Source: Eshraghiella crossota
GTDB lineage: Bacteria > Bacillota > Clostridia > Christensenellales > CAG-917
Assembly: GCA_963590075.1 (NCBI GenBank)
Contig: CAVANK010000004.1
Coordinates: 18,670-82,669 of the forward strand
DNA: 64,000 nucleotides
Direction of reading: 5' to 3'
Shown here piece by piece: positions 1-9,711 of this stretch (position 1 is its first letter; every line of letters starts with the position of its first letter). Under the pieces are notes generated by a model, which was not told where the DNA came from, searched no databases, and saw nothing but the letters and a program-made list of their open reading frames with translations. The position numbers and the translations under genes are program-made.

Positions 1-189
1 AATAACTTTGTCAGCCTCGCCTTGCTCCAAAATCACGTACCACTTGTACGTTTGGTTTTGTTTCAAGGCGAGCCTTCCTTGTTCTTCATCTATTTAGTAA
101 GTTTTTTACAAAAGCGCTGTGATTTAGCGAACAACTGCAATTTTGCCGTTTTTACAAACTTACTAAATCCCTATTAGCCGTAGGCACAA
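1..189 (+). repeat. family-E multi-hairpin intergenic element, copy E0 (5' end cut by window edge)
   Basis: Same architecture as 4693-4961 and 36026-36199: AACTTTGTCAGC, outer stem CTCGCCTTG/CAAGGCGAG, inner CAAAA-TC-ACGTAC-loop-GTACGT-TTGG-TTTTG, then TTCCTTGTT..CATCTATTTA. Confidence 0.7.
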
Positions 190-296
190 GGAATATTCCG
201 CAACTCGCACAAAGTGCGAATATCACTGCGACAAAGTCGCAATATCACTTTTGGCTTTTGCCAAAAATATCACTGTTGCGTAGCAACAATATCACT
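190..296 (+). repeat. family-A hairpin array, copy A1 (GGAATATTCC head, then 4 x [short hairpin + AATATCACT])
   Basis: Hairpins TCGCAC-AAA-GTGCGA, GCGAC-AAA-GTCGC, TTGGC-TTTT-GCCAA, GTTGC-GTA-GCAAC, each followed by (A)ATATCACT. Confidence 0.85.
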
Positions 297-442
297 CCCT
301 CGCTTTTTCTCCAATAAATTCATACTTATCTTTGTATATATTGATATAAAACTAAATTGCGCGTATATACGCACGCCCGTATTGCGCAAAATATTTTATT
401 GTGTTACAATAGTATATCCAAAGATTCAAAAGCGAGGGAATT

Positions 443-2275
443 ATGGCACAAAGGTTGACCAAAATCACGATAATCGTGTTGCTGATTTGCATATCGGCAG
501 TTTTGGCAACCGCTTTTTCTCTCGGCGGGGTTGCGTATGCGACGGACGGCAAAATCGACGTCGTTGTGACCGCAAGTTTTGAAAACGGTGCAAAAGTTTG
601 GAACGCAAGCGTTGACGATACGAACGTTTGGACGGCGCAAGGTGAGTTTTTTACGAGGGAAGAAGTCTATTATTCCTTCAAGCAATCTTTGTCCGCCGTG
701 CTTTTGCAAAGAGGCGTTATATCTTCCGACGAAAAGGGCTCTTTTGATGGAGACGCCAAGAGTTGGGACGCCAATCTATATTTTGATTTTTCTTTCGTAT
801 TCCCGTCAATGGGCAATGTATCCGCCAATAAAACGAGCATAACTTACACCAAAGACGCAAGCGATGCCGTCGTATCCGTTGAGGGCGCAAGCGCAATTTT
901 CGAGTTTTGGTCAAGTAGGCTCGATTATCGCAAGGTCGGCACGACGGATACCAAACGCCAATCTTCCGACGTTTATTCAACTTCAATAGCGTTCGGAAAC
1001 GGCATTGACGCCGGTGAATATCAAATAGGCTACACCGCAATCGAAAGATTTACCTTTGACGGCAAAGTTTTCGACGTCGAAAGAGCGGGCGCAAACGAGA
1101 TTACCCTCTCAATCGGCAAAGCGACTTTGACCGCTCCGCAGGTAAACACGATAGAGGCGGAATACGGCGCAACGGTGGCGCAAATCTCATCGAGGGTAAT
1201 CGGTGCGATAGACGACGAAGAGTTCTTGAGCACGGGAAGCGGACGTTTTATTCTTAACGAAGCGCAAACGGACGCAATCTTTGACGGCGTAACCGACAAA
1301 GGTGCGCTTATCCCTACACCGAGAGAGCAAGAATACACCCTCGTCTACGACTTCGAGTCGTATAGCGGAAACTATTTTACGCTTGAAAATATATCGGTAA
1401 AACTTCACGTCAATCCGCGCAAAATCACGGTGCGCATATCCGACGTATATACGCTTGCCGGCGAGGATCTCATACCGCTTGAAAGCGTCGGTTATACCAT
1501 AGACGGCTCGTTCGTCGGGGAGGATACGAAGGAGGATTTGGGCGCGCGTCTCAACTGCTCGGCAGACAAAGACATCCCCGGTGTATATCCCATTACCGCC
1601 ACTTTCGACAACCCATATTACGAGGCGGTGAGCGCAAGCATTTACGGCGGGTTTGTGCAATACGGCCGTTATATGGTCTTTGCAAAACGCGAGAGCGTAA
1701 CCGCCCCCGACGGCACGGTTTTCGACGTGTATTACGACAAAGGTTTTGTTGAAATCAAGACTGCAAAAATCACTCTCATTGACGCGCAAAGTGCCTTGGA
1801 CGGCAAGAAAATAACGTGCGCGTATAGGATAGAACTTGCCGACAACGACGGCAACGTCATAGAACCCGACGGCAACTATTACGTGTCTTGGAAAGGCACT
1901 ATGAATGACGCAAAATACGTCAGTATCGGATTGGACAACGCACCCGAAGAAGTGAGCGCATACACGGGCGGAGTGCCTCTTTCAAAGGACGCTTGCGAGA
2001 TATATTTCTACGTCGACGATATCGTTCCCGCCTCTCGACAAGGCTGGGTTGACGTGCTTCTCGTATCGCTTGCAACGCTCTTTGCACTCGGTCTTATCGC
2101 GGTTGTCGTGTCTTGTCGCAAGGCAATGAAAATCGGTGGCATTTTGCACGATAATAGCGTTTATGAACGCAAAATCGATATATCAACCATCGATTGTGCA
2201 AATACGGCGCTAGACGAACAAGAAAACGATGCCGAAAACGAATTGAACAAAAACGGGGAGAAAGACGGCGAATGA
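443..2275 (+). CDS. membrane-anchored extracellular protein, function unknown (possible MBG-like beta repeats)
   Basis: 610-aa ORF with GAGGGA before the ATG. Hydrophobic N-terminus (IIVLLICISAVLATAF). C-terminal TM helix (VLLVSLATLFALGLIAVVV) plus acidic tail. No catalytic motif recognised. Confidence 0.6.
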   Translation: MAQRLTKITIIVLLICISAVLATAFSLGGVAYATDGKIDVVVTASFENGAKVWNASVDDTNVWTAQGEFFTREEVYYSFKQSLSAVLLQRGVISSDEKGSFDGDAKSWDANLYFDFSFVFPSMGNVSANKTSITYTKDASDAVVSVEGASAIFEFWSSRLDYRKVGTTDTKRQSSDVYSTSIAFGNGIDAGEYQIGYTAIERFTFDGKVFDVERAGANEITLSIGKATLTAPQVNTIEAEYGATVAQISSRVIGAIDDEEFLSTGSGRFILNEAQTDAIFDGVTDKGALIPTPREQEYTLVYDFESYSGNYFTLENISVKLHVNPRKITVRISDVYTLAGEDLIPLESVGYTIDGSFVGEDTKEDLGARLNCSADKDIPGVYPITATFDNPYYEAVSASIYGGFVQYGRYMVFAKRESVTAPDGTVFDVYYDKGFVEIKTAKITLIDAQSALDGKKITCAYRIELADNDGNVIEPDGNYYVSWKGTMNDAKYVSIGLDNAPEEVSAYTGGVPLSKDACEIYFYVDDIVPASRQGWVDVLLVSLATLFALGLIAVVVSCRKAMKIGGILHDNSVYERKIDISTIDCANTALDEQENDAENELNKNGEKDGE

Positions 2276-3129
2276 AGGACAGAATAAAGAAGTCTATTGT
2301 GCTCATATCGGTTGCGATGATTATCAACATCGCGCTTGCCGCAATCAAGACGTACGTAGGTCTCAGTTCCAACAGCCTATGCATAATGCTTGACGGAACA
2401 AACAGTTTCTTTGACGTCATCACTTGCCTTGTTACGCTCGTGGTCTTCATCTTTTTACGCGTTCCGAGAAACGAAAAAGCACCTTACGGTTACGGCAGAG
2501 GAGAGTATCTTGCGGGCTTTATCGTAGCGGTAGTATCGGTGGTTGTGGGCGGACTTTTTCTTATCCGCTCTCTCAACCGTATGGCAATGCCCGAGCCGGT
2601 GTGGTTCGGTCTTCAAAACTGCATACTCATAACCGTTGCAATCCCCATAAAACTTGCCGTAGCCATTGCGTACTATGTTGCCAACAAAAAGATAAAATCC
2701 ACCGCGATAAAAGCGATTATGCTAGACAGTTTCCTCGACACGGGTATGACGGCAACGTCGCTTATATCCTTTGCGGTGTCGGCAAGAGTGGACTATGCGG
2801 TTGATGCGATATTCGGCATAGTTATGAGCATCGCAATTATCGTCGTGGCAATCAAGATGGTTGTTGAAAACGTGCGCGCGATAGTCGTCGGTGACGGAGC
2901 AAAAGAGGAAAGGCAGGCAATCGAAGACGCTTGCGAGCGTAGAGGTGCGCACCTTGAAAAGGCGGTACTCCACGACTACGGTTACGGTATGAAGGTTGGC
3001 AACGCTTATTATAGTGGCGACGACGTCGATTCGCTAGAAATGAGCCGAGAGGTTTTGGACAAGACGGGCGCGGAAGTTGAATTTATAAAAGACCATAACG
3101 TCGAGCAAAACGGTTACGACGAAGAGTGA
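2272..3129 (+). CDS. cation diffusion facilitator (CDF) family transporter
   Basis: ATGA start/stop overlap with the upstream ORF. Multi-TM N-terminal part with acidic pairs in TM helices (LDGTNSFFD, MLDSFLD), followed by a cytoplasmic C-terminal domain. The track ORF starts earlier at 2194, but the MKDRIKKS start fits translational coupling. Confidence 0.65.
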   Translation: MKDRIKKSIVLISVAMIINIALAAIKTYVGLSSNSLCIMLDGTNSFFDVITCLVTLVVFIFLRVPRNEKAPYGYGRGEYLAGFIVAVVSVVVGGLFLIRSLNRMAMPEPVWFGLQNCILITVAIPIKLAVAIAYYVANKKIKSTAIKAIMLDSFLDTGMTATSLISFAVSARVDYAVDAIFGIVMSIAIIVVAIKMVVENVRAIVVGDGAKEERQAIEDACERRGAHLEKAVLHDYGYGMKVGNAYYSGDDVDSLEMSREVLDKTGAEVEFIKDHNVEQNGYDEE

Positions 3130-3198
3130 AGTCGAAAAACGCTCGGCAATGCGGATAAAAAATAATAAAGATTATATAGCAATGACAAGGAGGCAAAA

Positions 3199-4695
3199 AT
3201 GAGCGACGAAATCAAAAACGCCGAAGAAACTTTGGCGCAAGATGAAATCGAACAGCCGGAAGAGCCGGACGTGAACGAGCAATCTTCCGATGAAAAAGTT
3301 GAGGGTATTCTCGGTGAATATGAGGGCAAAAAGTCCGCAAAAGCCAAGAAAGAGAAGAAAAAACTCACCCCCGAGCAAAGAAAGAAAAAGACCGTCAAAG
3401 CCTTGATTATCACGGGCGCGGTATTTCTTGCGATTGCAATCTTTTTCAGCGGTTGCGCCATAGCGACCACAGTCAACGCCAATGCGCTTTTGACGCAAGC
3501 GGAAAACAACTTCCAAAAGGTCGAATACGATAAGGACGCGGGCGGCAACAGTTTGCAACTCAAACCGACTTTTGACAGCGACCTCGGTTTTTGGACGTTC
3601 ACCAAACCCGCGGACAGGGATTTCAAAGTCTTGCAATTCACCGACGTACATATCGGCGGCGGTGCGTTCTCGGGACAAAAGGACGCGTGGGCAATGAGCG
3701 CGGTTGCGACGATGATAAGAGCGGAAAAACCCGACCTCGTAGTCGTCACCGGTGACATCGCATACCCCGTACCTTTCCAAGCGGGCACGTTCAACAACCT
3801 CAACGCAACCAAGATTTTCTCGCATATGATGGAATCGCTCGGCGTTTACTGGACGTTTGCATTCGGCAACCACGACACCGAACTTTACAGCCTCTATACG
3901 CGCAAGGACATCTGCAAATATTACGAGGATTCAAATTTTGAATATTGCCTCTTCCGCGCAGGCTTCTGCGATGACGAAGACGTAATCAGCGACACCTCGA
4001 GAGGTTTTGGCAATGATATGATAGTCGTCAAAAACCCCGCCGGTTCCGCCAACCCCATCAACCAAGCAATCGTGACCTTCGACAGCCACAGTTACACTGA
4101 CGGTGACTATTTCGGAATTGCGTGGAAGTACGACAATATCCACCAATGTCAAGTGGATTGGTATTCCGAGAATATGGATATACTCAAAACCGCCAACAAC
4201 GGCGTGGAAGTCAACAACCTTGCCTTCTTCCACATCCCTCTCGTCGAGTATCGTGAAGCATGGGCAAACGTTATCAACAGTGGCAAAACGCTCAAGGCAG
4301 GCGAAAGTGTTCAAGGCAACGGAGCGACAACAACTTACATTTACGGCACTATGGGTGAGGACGGCACCAAGCAAAATAACGGCGTTCGTTCATACGGCGT
4401 ATTCTGCGGCAGCAGCACGGACAATCTTTTCGAAGCAGGCTTGACGCACGGCATGCAAGGCGTCTTCTGCGGACACGACCACTACAACAACTTCTCCGTT
4501 CTCTACAAGCGTGACGGCGATTCTCGTGGCATCCGCCTCACCTACGGCATGTCCATCGATTATCTCGCCTACGCCGGCATCTACAAAGAGCACTCTCAAC
4601 GCGGCACCACCGTCATCACCATCAACAGCGACGGTGTCTTCGAGAGCGTGCCACGCAACTACTATTCCTACGGCGTCTCTCACGAACGCGACTAA
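3199..4695 (+). CDS. calcineurin-like metallophosphoesterase with N-terminal membrane anchor
   Basis: AAGGAGG RBS. Motifs FTDVHIGG, VVTGDIAYP, GNHD, FFHIPL, GHDH. One TM helix after a lysine/glutamate-rich N-terminus. Confidence 0.8.
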   Translation: MSDEIKNAEETLAQDEIEQPEEPDVNEQSSDEKVEGILGEYEGKKSAKAKKEKKKLTPEQRKKKTVKALIITGAVFLAIAIFFSGCAIATTVNANALLTQAENNFQKVEYDKDAGGNSLQLKPTFDSDLGFWTFTKPADRDFKVLQFTDVHIGGGAFSGQKDAWAMSAVATMIRAEKPDLVVVTGDIAYPVPFQAGTFNNLNATKIFSHMMESLGVYWTFAFGNHDTELYSLYTRKDICKYYEDSNFEYCLFRAGFCDDEDVISDTSRGFGNDMIVVKNPAGSANPINQAIVTFDSHSYTDGDYFGIAWKYDNIHQCQVDWYSENMDILKTANNGVEVNNLAFFHIPLVEYREAWANVINSGKTLKAGESVQGNGATTTYIYGTMGEDGTKQNNGVRSYGVFCGSSTDNLFEAGLTHGMQGVFCGHDHYNNFSVLYKRDGDSRGIRLTYGMSIDYLAYAGIYKEHSQRGTTVITINSDGVFESVPRNYYSYGVSHERD

Positions 4696-4961
4696 AACGC
4701 ACTAAATAGCGCCTAACTTTGTCAGCGTCCCGAGTTTCGCAAATCACGTACGTTTATGTACGTTGGGTTTGCGCTCCTCGGGGCGCTTTCTCGTTATGCA
4801 TCTATTTATTGCGTTTTAGTTGTGCTCGTAACGTTAGGGTTGCTGTGCAAGGGGCTTTTCCGCGCTCTTCATCCGTTTAGAGGCTCTTAATCGCGTTCGT
4901 GAATTTTAGCATCTATTTATCGCGTTTTATTCACATTCGTGATAAATGGTGATTTCAAAAA
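4693..4961 (+). repeat. family-E multi-hairpin element, copy E1, starting at the stop codon of the phosphoesterase gene
   Basis: TAAAACGCACTAAATAGCGCCTAAC..; outer stem GCGTCCCGAG/CTCGGGGCGC; inner CGCAAA-TC-ACGTAC-GTTTAT-GTACGT-TGG-GTTTGCG; CATCTATTTAT(T/C)GCGTTTTA occurs twice. Confidence 0.8.
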
Positions 4962-5064
4962 CTCCACAACTGCGCCTACGGCGCAATATCACTTTTTGCG
5001 CAAGCAAAAAATATCACTCTTGCTTCGCAAGAATATCACTTGCGCCTACGGCGCAAATATCACT
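4962..5064 (+). repeat. family-A hairpin array, copy A2
   Basis: CTCCACAAC head, then TGCGCC-TAC-GGCGCA, TTTTGC-GCAA-GCAAAA, CTTGC-TTC-GCAAG, TGCGCC-TAC-GGCGCA, each followed by (A)ATATCACT. Confidence 0.85.
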
Positions 5065-5125
5065 TTTATTTTAATAAAAACTCCCTCTTCCATTTTTATT
5101 CTTTATATGTTACAATCATATCGTT

Positions 5126-5779
5126 ATGGAACAAGAGAAGACGAAAATTGACATTTACGATTTTGATAAGACGGCTATCCCGTACGACAGTGCGTTGCAC
5201 TATTGGTTTTGGTCGATGGCGCATTGTCCGTGGACGCTTATTTTGTTGCCGTTCCAACTCTTTTGGGGATTTTTGATGGTGACCAAGATTTTGCCCGTGC
5301 CGATTTTCAAGAAAATCGCGTTCAATTTCGTGTCGCTCATCAACACCGAGAAGACGGTCAAAAAGTATTGGGACAAGCACGAAAAGGATATATACGACTT
5401 TTTCAAACCCGAAAATCGCGATATGTCGCGCAAGTGCGTGCTTATCAGCGCAAGCCCAGACTTCCTTATCGAAGAGATTGCAAAGCGTATGCAAATCGAT
5501 TATTGCATCGCAAGCCCTCACAGCAAAAAGAACGGACATTTGCTCGGCAAAGTGTGTCGCAAGGACGAAAAAGTGCGCCGTTTGAACGAGATTTTGCCCG
5601 ACGTGGAAGTGGAAAACGTGTATAGCGACAGTCTCGATCACGACCGCTACATATTTGCTCTCGGCAAGCATTGCTATCTTGCCACCAAGGGAGAACTCAA
5701 AGAAATCGACTTTGAAAAAGAAATAAAGGCGTACGACGAAGCAAAGTCCAAAAAGAAATCCAAGAAAAAAGCAAAATGA
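5126..5779 (+). CDS. HAD-IB family hydrolase with hydrophobic insertion and lysine-rich C-terminal tail
   Basis: DxDxT motif (IYDFDKTAI), later ISASPD and SDSLDHD motifs. No SD sequence. Extended -10 TGTTACAAT ends 9 nt before the ATG. Confidence 0.6.
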   Translation: MEQEKTKIDIYDFDKTAIPYDSALHYWFWSMAHCPWTLILLPFQLFWGFLMVTKILPVPIFKKIAFNFVSLINTEKTVKKYWDKHEKDIYDFFKPENRDMSRKCVLISASPDFLIEEIAKRMQIDYCIASPHSKKNGHLLGKVCRKDEKVRRLNEILPDVEVENVYSDSLDHDRYIFALGKHCYLATKGELKEIDFEKEIKAYDEAKSKKKSKKKAK

Positions 5780-5827
5780 ATTTTGTGTTTAGCATCTAAT
5801 CGCAAATCGCTCAAATCAAAAAATCAC

Positions 5828-5857
5828 AAAAAAACGTGCCCGGCAAGGCACGTTTTT
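5828..5857. terminator. bidirectional rho-independent terminator between convergent genes
   Basis: AAAAAAA-CGTGCC-CGGCAA-GGCACG-TTTTT. Confidence 0.8.
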
Positions 5858-5870
5858 CGTTTTCAACGAC

Positions 5871-6191
5871 TTACTTGGTTTGGTCGTCGATGTCGGAATT
5901 GTCAGTCTTGTTTTCACAGCAAGAGCAGTGGCATCCTTCTTCTTTGAGATCGTCAATCCAGTAGATTTTGTCTTTGATGGCGATGCTTAAAATGTCGATG
6001 ACACACAAAATCCAACCGCCGAAGATCATAAGCACGATTGCAAGCACTATGCCGAGCACGCTTTCGTTCTTTGCGCTCTTTATAAGACGATAGAGGTTTG
6101 CGGGTATATCCCAAAGCAAGCAAAGCAAAATTTTGACGATTTTGTCGAGCCCTTCGTACCACGCAATGTATTTATTGGCGAAGTTTTCCAT
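5871..6191 (-). CDS. small membrane protein with Cys-rich acidic C-terminus, function unknown
   Basis: 106 aa, GGAGG RBS, two hydrophobic helices, tail EEGCHCSCCENK. Confidence 0.55.
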   Translation of the reverse strand: MENFANKYIAWYEGLDKIVKILLCLLWDIPANLYRLIKSAKNESVLGIVLAIVLMIFGGWILCVIDILSIAIKDKIYWIDDLKEEGCHCSCCENKTDNSDIDDQTK

Positions 6192-6340
6192 GGTTTGTTC
6201 CTCCGATTATTTTTTACGGATAATGTTGTAACACTTGTCGGGCAAGATGTCAAGTTATTGTTGAATCATTACGTTTTCCGTGGTATAATTCTATGTAATA
6301 TCTACAATATATATGCGGACACGCACATAGAGGGCGGACA

Positions 6341-8023
6341 ATGGAATATAAGAGCGACATCGAGATAGCGCAAAGCGCAAAAATGCTTCCCGTCGCAGAG
6401 GTGGCAAAACGTGCGGGCATAGACGAGGAGTATATCGAGCAGTACGGCAAGTACAAGGCAAAAATCGACTATGCCAATCTCGTCAAAAACGGCAAGTGCA
6501 AGAGAGGGAAACTCGTGCTCGTCACCGCCATAACCCCGACGCCCGCGGGTGAGGGTAAGACCACCACGACCATAGGACTTGCCGACGGGCTCAAACGCAT
6601 AGGCAAAGACGTAGTCGTCGCGCTTCGTGAACCGTCTCTCGGTCCTGTGTTCGGTATAAAGGGCGGAGCGGCTGGCGGCGGATACGCCCAAGTCGTACCT
6701 ATGGAAGACATCAATTTGCATTTCACGGGCGACTTCCACGCAATAGGCGCGGCAAACAATTTGCTTGCGGCAATGCTCGACAACCATATTCAACAAGGCA
6801 ACGCCCTCGGCATCGACACCCGCAAAATCACATGGAAAAGATGCGTGGATATGAACGACAGACAACTCCGTTTCATCGTTGACGGACTCGGGGGAAAGGC
6901 AAACGGAACGCCGAGAGAAGACGGCTTCGATATCACCGTCGCAAGCGAGATTATGGCAGTGCTTTGCCTCTCGTCTTCCTTGTCCGATCTCAAAGACCGC
7001 CTCGGCAAAATCATAGTGGGTTACACCATTGGCGATAAACCCGTTACGGCGGCGGATCTCAAAGCGCAAGGCGCAATGACCGCGCTCTTAAAAGACGCAA
7101 TAAAACCCAACCTCGTGCAAACTCTCGAAGGCACTCCCGCACTTGTTCACGGCGGACCTTTTGCCAATATCGCGCACGGGTGCAATAGTGTGATTGCAAC
7201 CAAAACGGCACTTTATCTAGGCGATTATGCGGTTACAGAGGCGGGTTTCGGCGCAGACCTCGGTGCAGAGAAGTTTTTGGACATCAAGTGCAGGATGGCA
7301 AATCTCGTGCCAAACGCGGTAGTTGTCGTGGCAACCGTGCGCGCGCTCAAAATGCACGGCGGTCTTGCAAAAACCGACCTTGCTACGGAAAATACGACTG
7401 CGCTCGAAAAGGGCATTCCCAACCTTTTGCGCCACGTTTCCAATATCAAAAACGTATACAAACTCCCGTGCGTCGTTGCGGTCAATCGCTTCCCGACGGA
7501 CACGGACGATGAGATAAATTTCGTCGTTTCCAAGTGCAATGAACTAGGCGTAAACACGGTGCTTTCCACTGTTTGGGCAGATGGCGGAAAGGGCGGAGAA
7601 GCGCTTGCAAAAGAGGTTGTTCGTCTTTGCGAGAGCGAGGACAATTCCGCTTTTGAATACGCTTACGATTTGAGCGACGGTATCGTCCAAAAGATAGAAA
7701 AAGTCGTGCGCAAAGTCTACGGCGGTGACGGCGTAAATATTTTGCCTAATGCGATGAAACAGATCAAAGCGCTTGAAGATTTGGGCTTTTCGCATCTCCC
7801 CGTGTGCATTGCAAAGACGCAATACAGTTTCTCGGACGACGCGAGCAAGCTCGGCGCGCCGAGCGGATTTACCGTTACGGTCAAAAACGTCAAAATCAGC
7901 GCGGGCGCGGGCTTTATCGTCGTGCTTACGGGTGATATTATGACTATGCCCGGTCTTCCCAAAGTGCCGTCGGCGGAAAAAATCGACGTTGACGAAAACG
8001 GCAAAATCACGGGACTTTTCTGA
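6341..8023 (+). CDS. fhs: formate--tetrahydrofolate ligase
   Basis: 560 aa; P-loop [16 protein letters not shown]; full-length FTHFS-like sequence. TTGAAT-17-TGGTATAAT promoter upstream (~6276-6305). Confidence 0.95.
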   Translation: MEYKSDIEIAQSAKMLPVAEVAKRAGIDEEYIEQYGKYKAKIDYANLVKNGKCKRGKLVLVTAITPTPAGEGKTTTTIGLADGLKRIGKDVVVALREPSLGPVFGIKGGAAGGGYAQVVPMEDINLHFTGDFHAIGAANNLLAAMLDNHIQQGNALGIDTRKITWKRCVDMNDRQLRFIVDGLGGKANGTPREDGFDITVASEIMAVLCLSSSLSDLKDRLGKIIVGYTIGDKPVTAADLKAQGAMTALLKDAIKPNLVQTLEGTPALVHGGPFANIAHGCNSVIATKTALYLGDYAVTEAGFGADLGAEKFLDIKCRMANLVPNAVVVVATVRALKMHGGLAKTDLATENTTALEKGIPNLLRHVSNIKNVYKLPCVVAVNRFPTDTDDEINFVVSKCNELGVNTVLSTVWADGGKGGEALAKEVVRLCESEDNSAFEYAYDLSDGIVQKIEKVVRKVYGGDGVNILPNAMKQIKALEDLGFSHLPVCIAKTQYSFSDDASKLGAPSGFTVTVKNVKISAGAGFIVVLTGDIMTMPGLPKVPSAEKIDVDENGKITGLF

Positions 8024-8025
8024 TA

Positions 8026-9509
8026 TGAGACAAAAACTTTCCAATTTCGGTTTTGCGCGCAAGAGCGGTATTCTTATGCCCGTGTCGGCTCTCCCCGGCA
8101 AATACGGCATAGGCTCTTTCGGTGCGCAAAGTTTCAAGTTTATAGACTTCCTTGTTGAGTGCGGACAGCGTTGTTGGCAAGTTTTGCCACTCAATCCCAC
8201 CGCTTACGGAGATTCCCCGTATCAATCCCCGTGTTCGTTTGCGGGCAACCCGTATTTTATAGACATCGACTTGCTCGTGCGTGACGGATTGCTCACCAAG
8301 GACGAGGCAAAAGCGGAAGAGGCGGATGCAAATCGCATAGACTACGGCAAATTGTTTGAGACGAGAATACCCCTTCTCAAAAAGGCGTTTGCACGTTTCA
8401 AGGTAAATTCCGATTATATACGCTTCAAGCAAAACAACGCAGAGTGGCTTGACAATTACGCGCTTTTTATGAGCCTCAAAGAAGCCAACGGATACAAGCA
8501 ATGGACGGAGTGGGGAGATTGCAAGTTTTACGATTATGCCAAACTTAAAAAGGCGGAATATGTGGGTGAGTGCGAATTTTGGAAGTTCGTCCAATACGAG
8601 TTCTTTACGCAGTACAAAGCGGTCAAAAAGTATGCAAAATCAAATGGTATTTCCATTATAGGAGATATGCCCATTTACGTTGCCTACGACAGCGTGGAGG
8701 TGTGGAGCAATCCGCTTTCCTTCTTGCTTGACGAAAACCTTGCGCCAAAGGTGGTTGCGGGTTGTCCGCCCGACGCGTTCTCTGACGACGGTCAGTTGTG
8801 GGGGAATCCTATTTACGACTGGAAAAAGATGGAGCAAGACGGCTTTGCGTGGTGGAAGCGTCGCGCCGAGCGCAACTTCAAACTGTACGACATTATAAGG
8901 ATAGACCACTTCAGAGGTTTTGCGGGATATTACGTCATACCGGCAAAGGACGACACCGCCAAAAACGGCAAATGGGAAGAGGGCGTAGGTTATTCTCTTT
9001 TTGAGGCTATATCCGACGCCGTGCCAAAGGCAAAAATTATAGCGGAAGATTTAGGGCACATCACCGATGACGTGCGTGAACTGCTAAAAAAGACGGGTTA
9101 TCCCGGTATGAAAGTGCTTCAATTTGCTTTCACCGACAGCACCAACGAGTATTTGCCCAAGAACTATAAGAGCGAAAACTGCGTCGTATACACGGGCACG
9201 CATGACAGTATGCCAACCAAGGCGTGGTACGATTCTCTCGACGAAAAGACCAAAAAGGTTTTTGAAAGGGAGTGTCCTTGCCGTTTTTCTCAAACGCCCG
9301 CCAACGCGCTCGTATCGCTTGCGCTTTGCTCGAAGGCAAATCTTGCGGTTATACCTCTTCAAGATTATATGGAACTCGGCGAAGAGGCGCGTATCAATAT
9401 GCCCTCAACGGCGCAAGGCAACTGGACGTGGAGAGTGTCCGGTAGATACGCCACCTCTGCACTCAAATCCAAAATTCTCACCCTCACCGCCAAGGCAAAC
9501 CGACTGTAA
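8026..9509 (+). CDS. malQ: 4-alpha-glucanotransferase (amylomaltase)
   Basis: N-terminus RKSGILMPVSALPGKYGIGSFG. GH77-like motifs RIDHFRGF and AEDLG. ATG lies 2 nt after the fhs stop. Confidence 0.9.
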
Positions 9510-9548
9510 AACGATTAATTTTTTAATGGCAAATATCCAATAAATTTT

Positions 9549-9648
9549 TCCACAACTCGCACGAAGTGCGAATATCACTTTTGGCGCAAGACAAAAATAT
9601 CACTCTCGCATAGCGAGAATATCACTTGCGCACAGCGCAAATATCACT
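9549..9648 (+). repeat. family-A hairpin array, copy A3
   Basis: TCCACAAC head, then TCGCAC-GAA-GTGCGA, TTTTG-GCGCAAGA-CAAAA, CTCGC-ATA-GCGAG, TGCGC-ACA-GCGCA. ATATCACT at 9572, 9597, 9619 and 9641. Confidence 0.85.
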
Positions 9649-9711
9649 CCCGAGCATAAATTACGGTTGGTTTTTCATCATATATTTATTTTCCCGAAAT
9701 ACATTTATATT

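Noticed and set aside
190-296. Family-A arrays as miniature CRISPR arrays
   Set aside because: The constant part is only 8-9 bp and the variable parts are 13-18-bp perfect palindromes. There are always four units, the arrays are dispersed in five places, and the window has no cas genes or leader.
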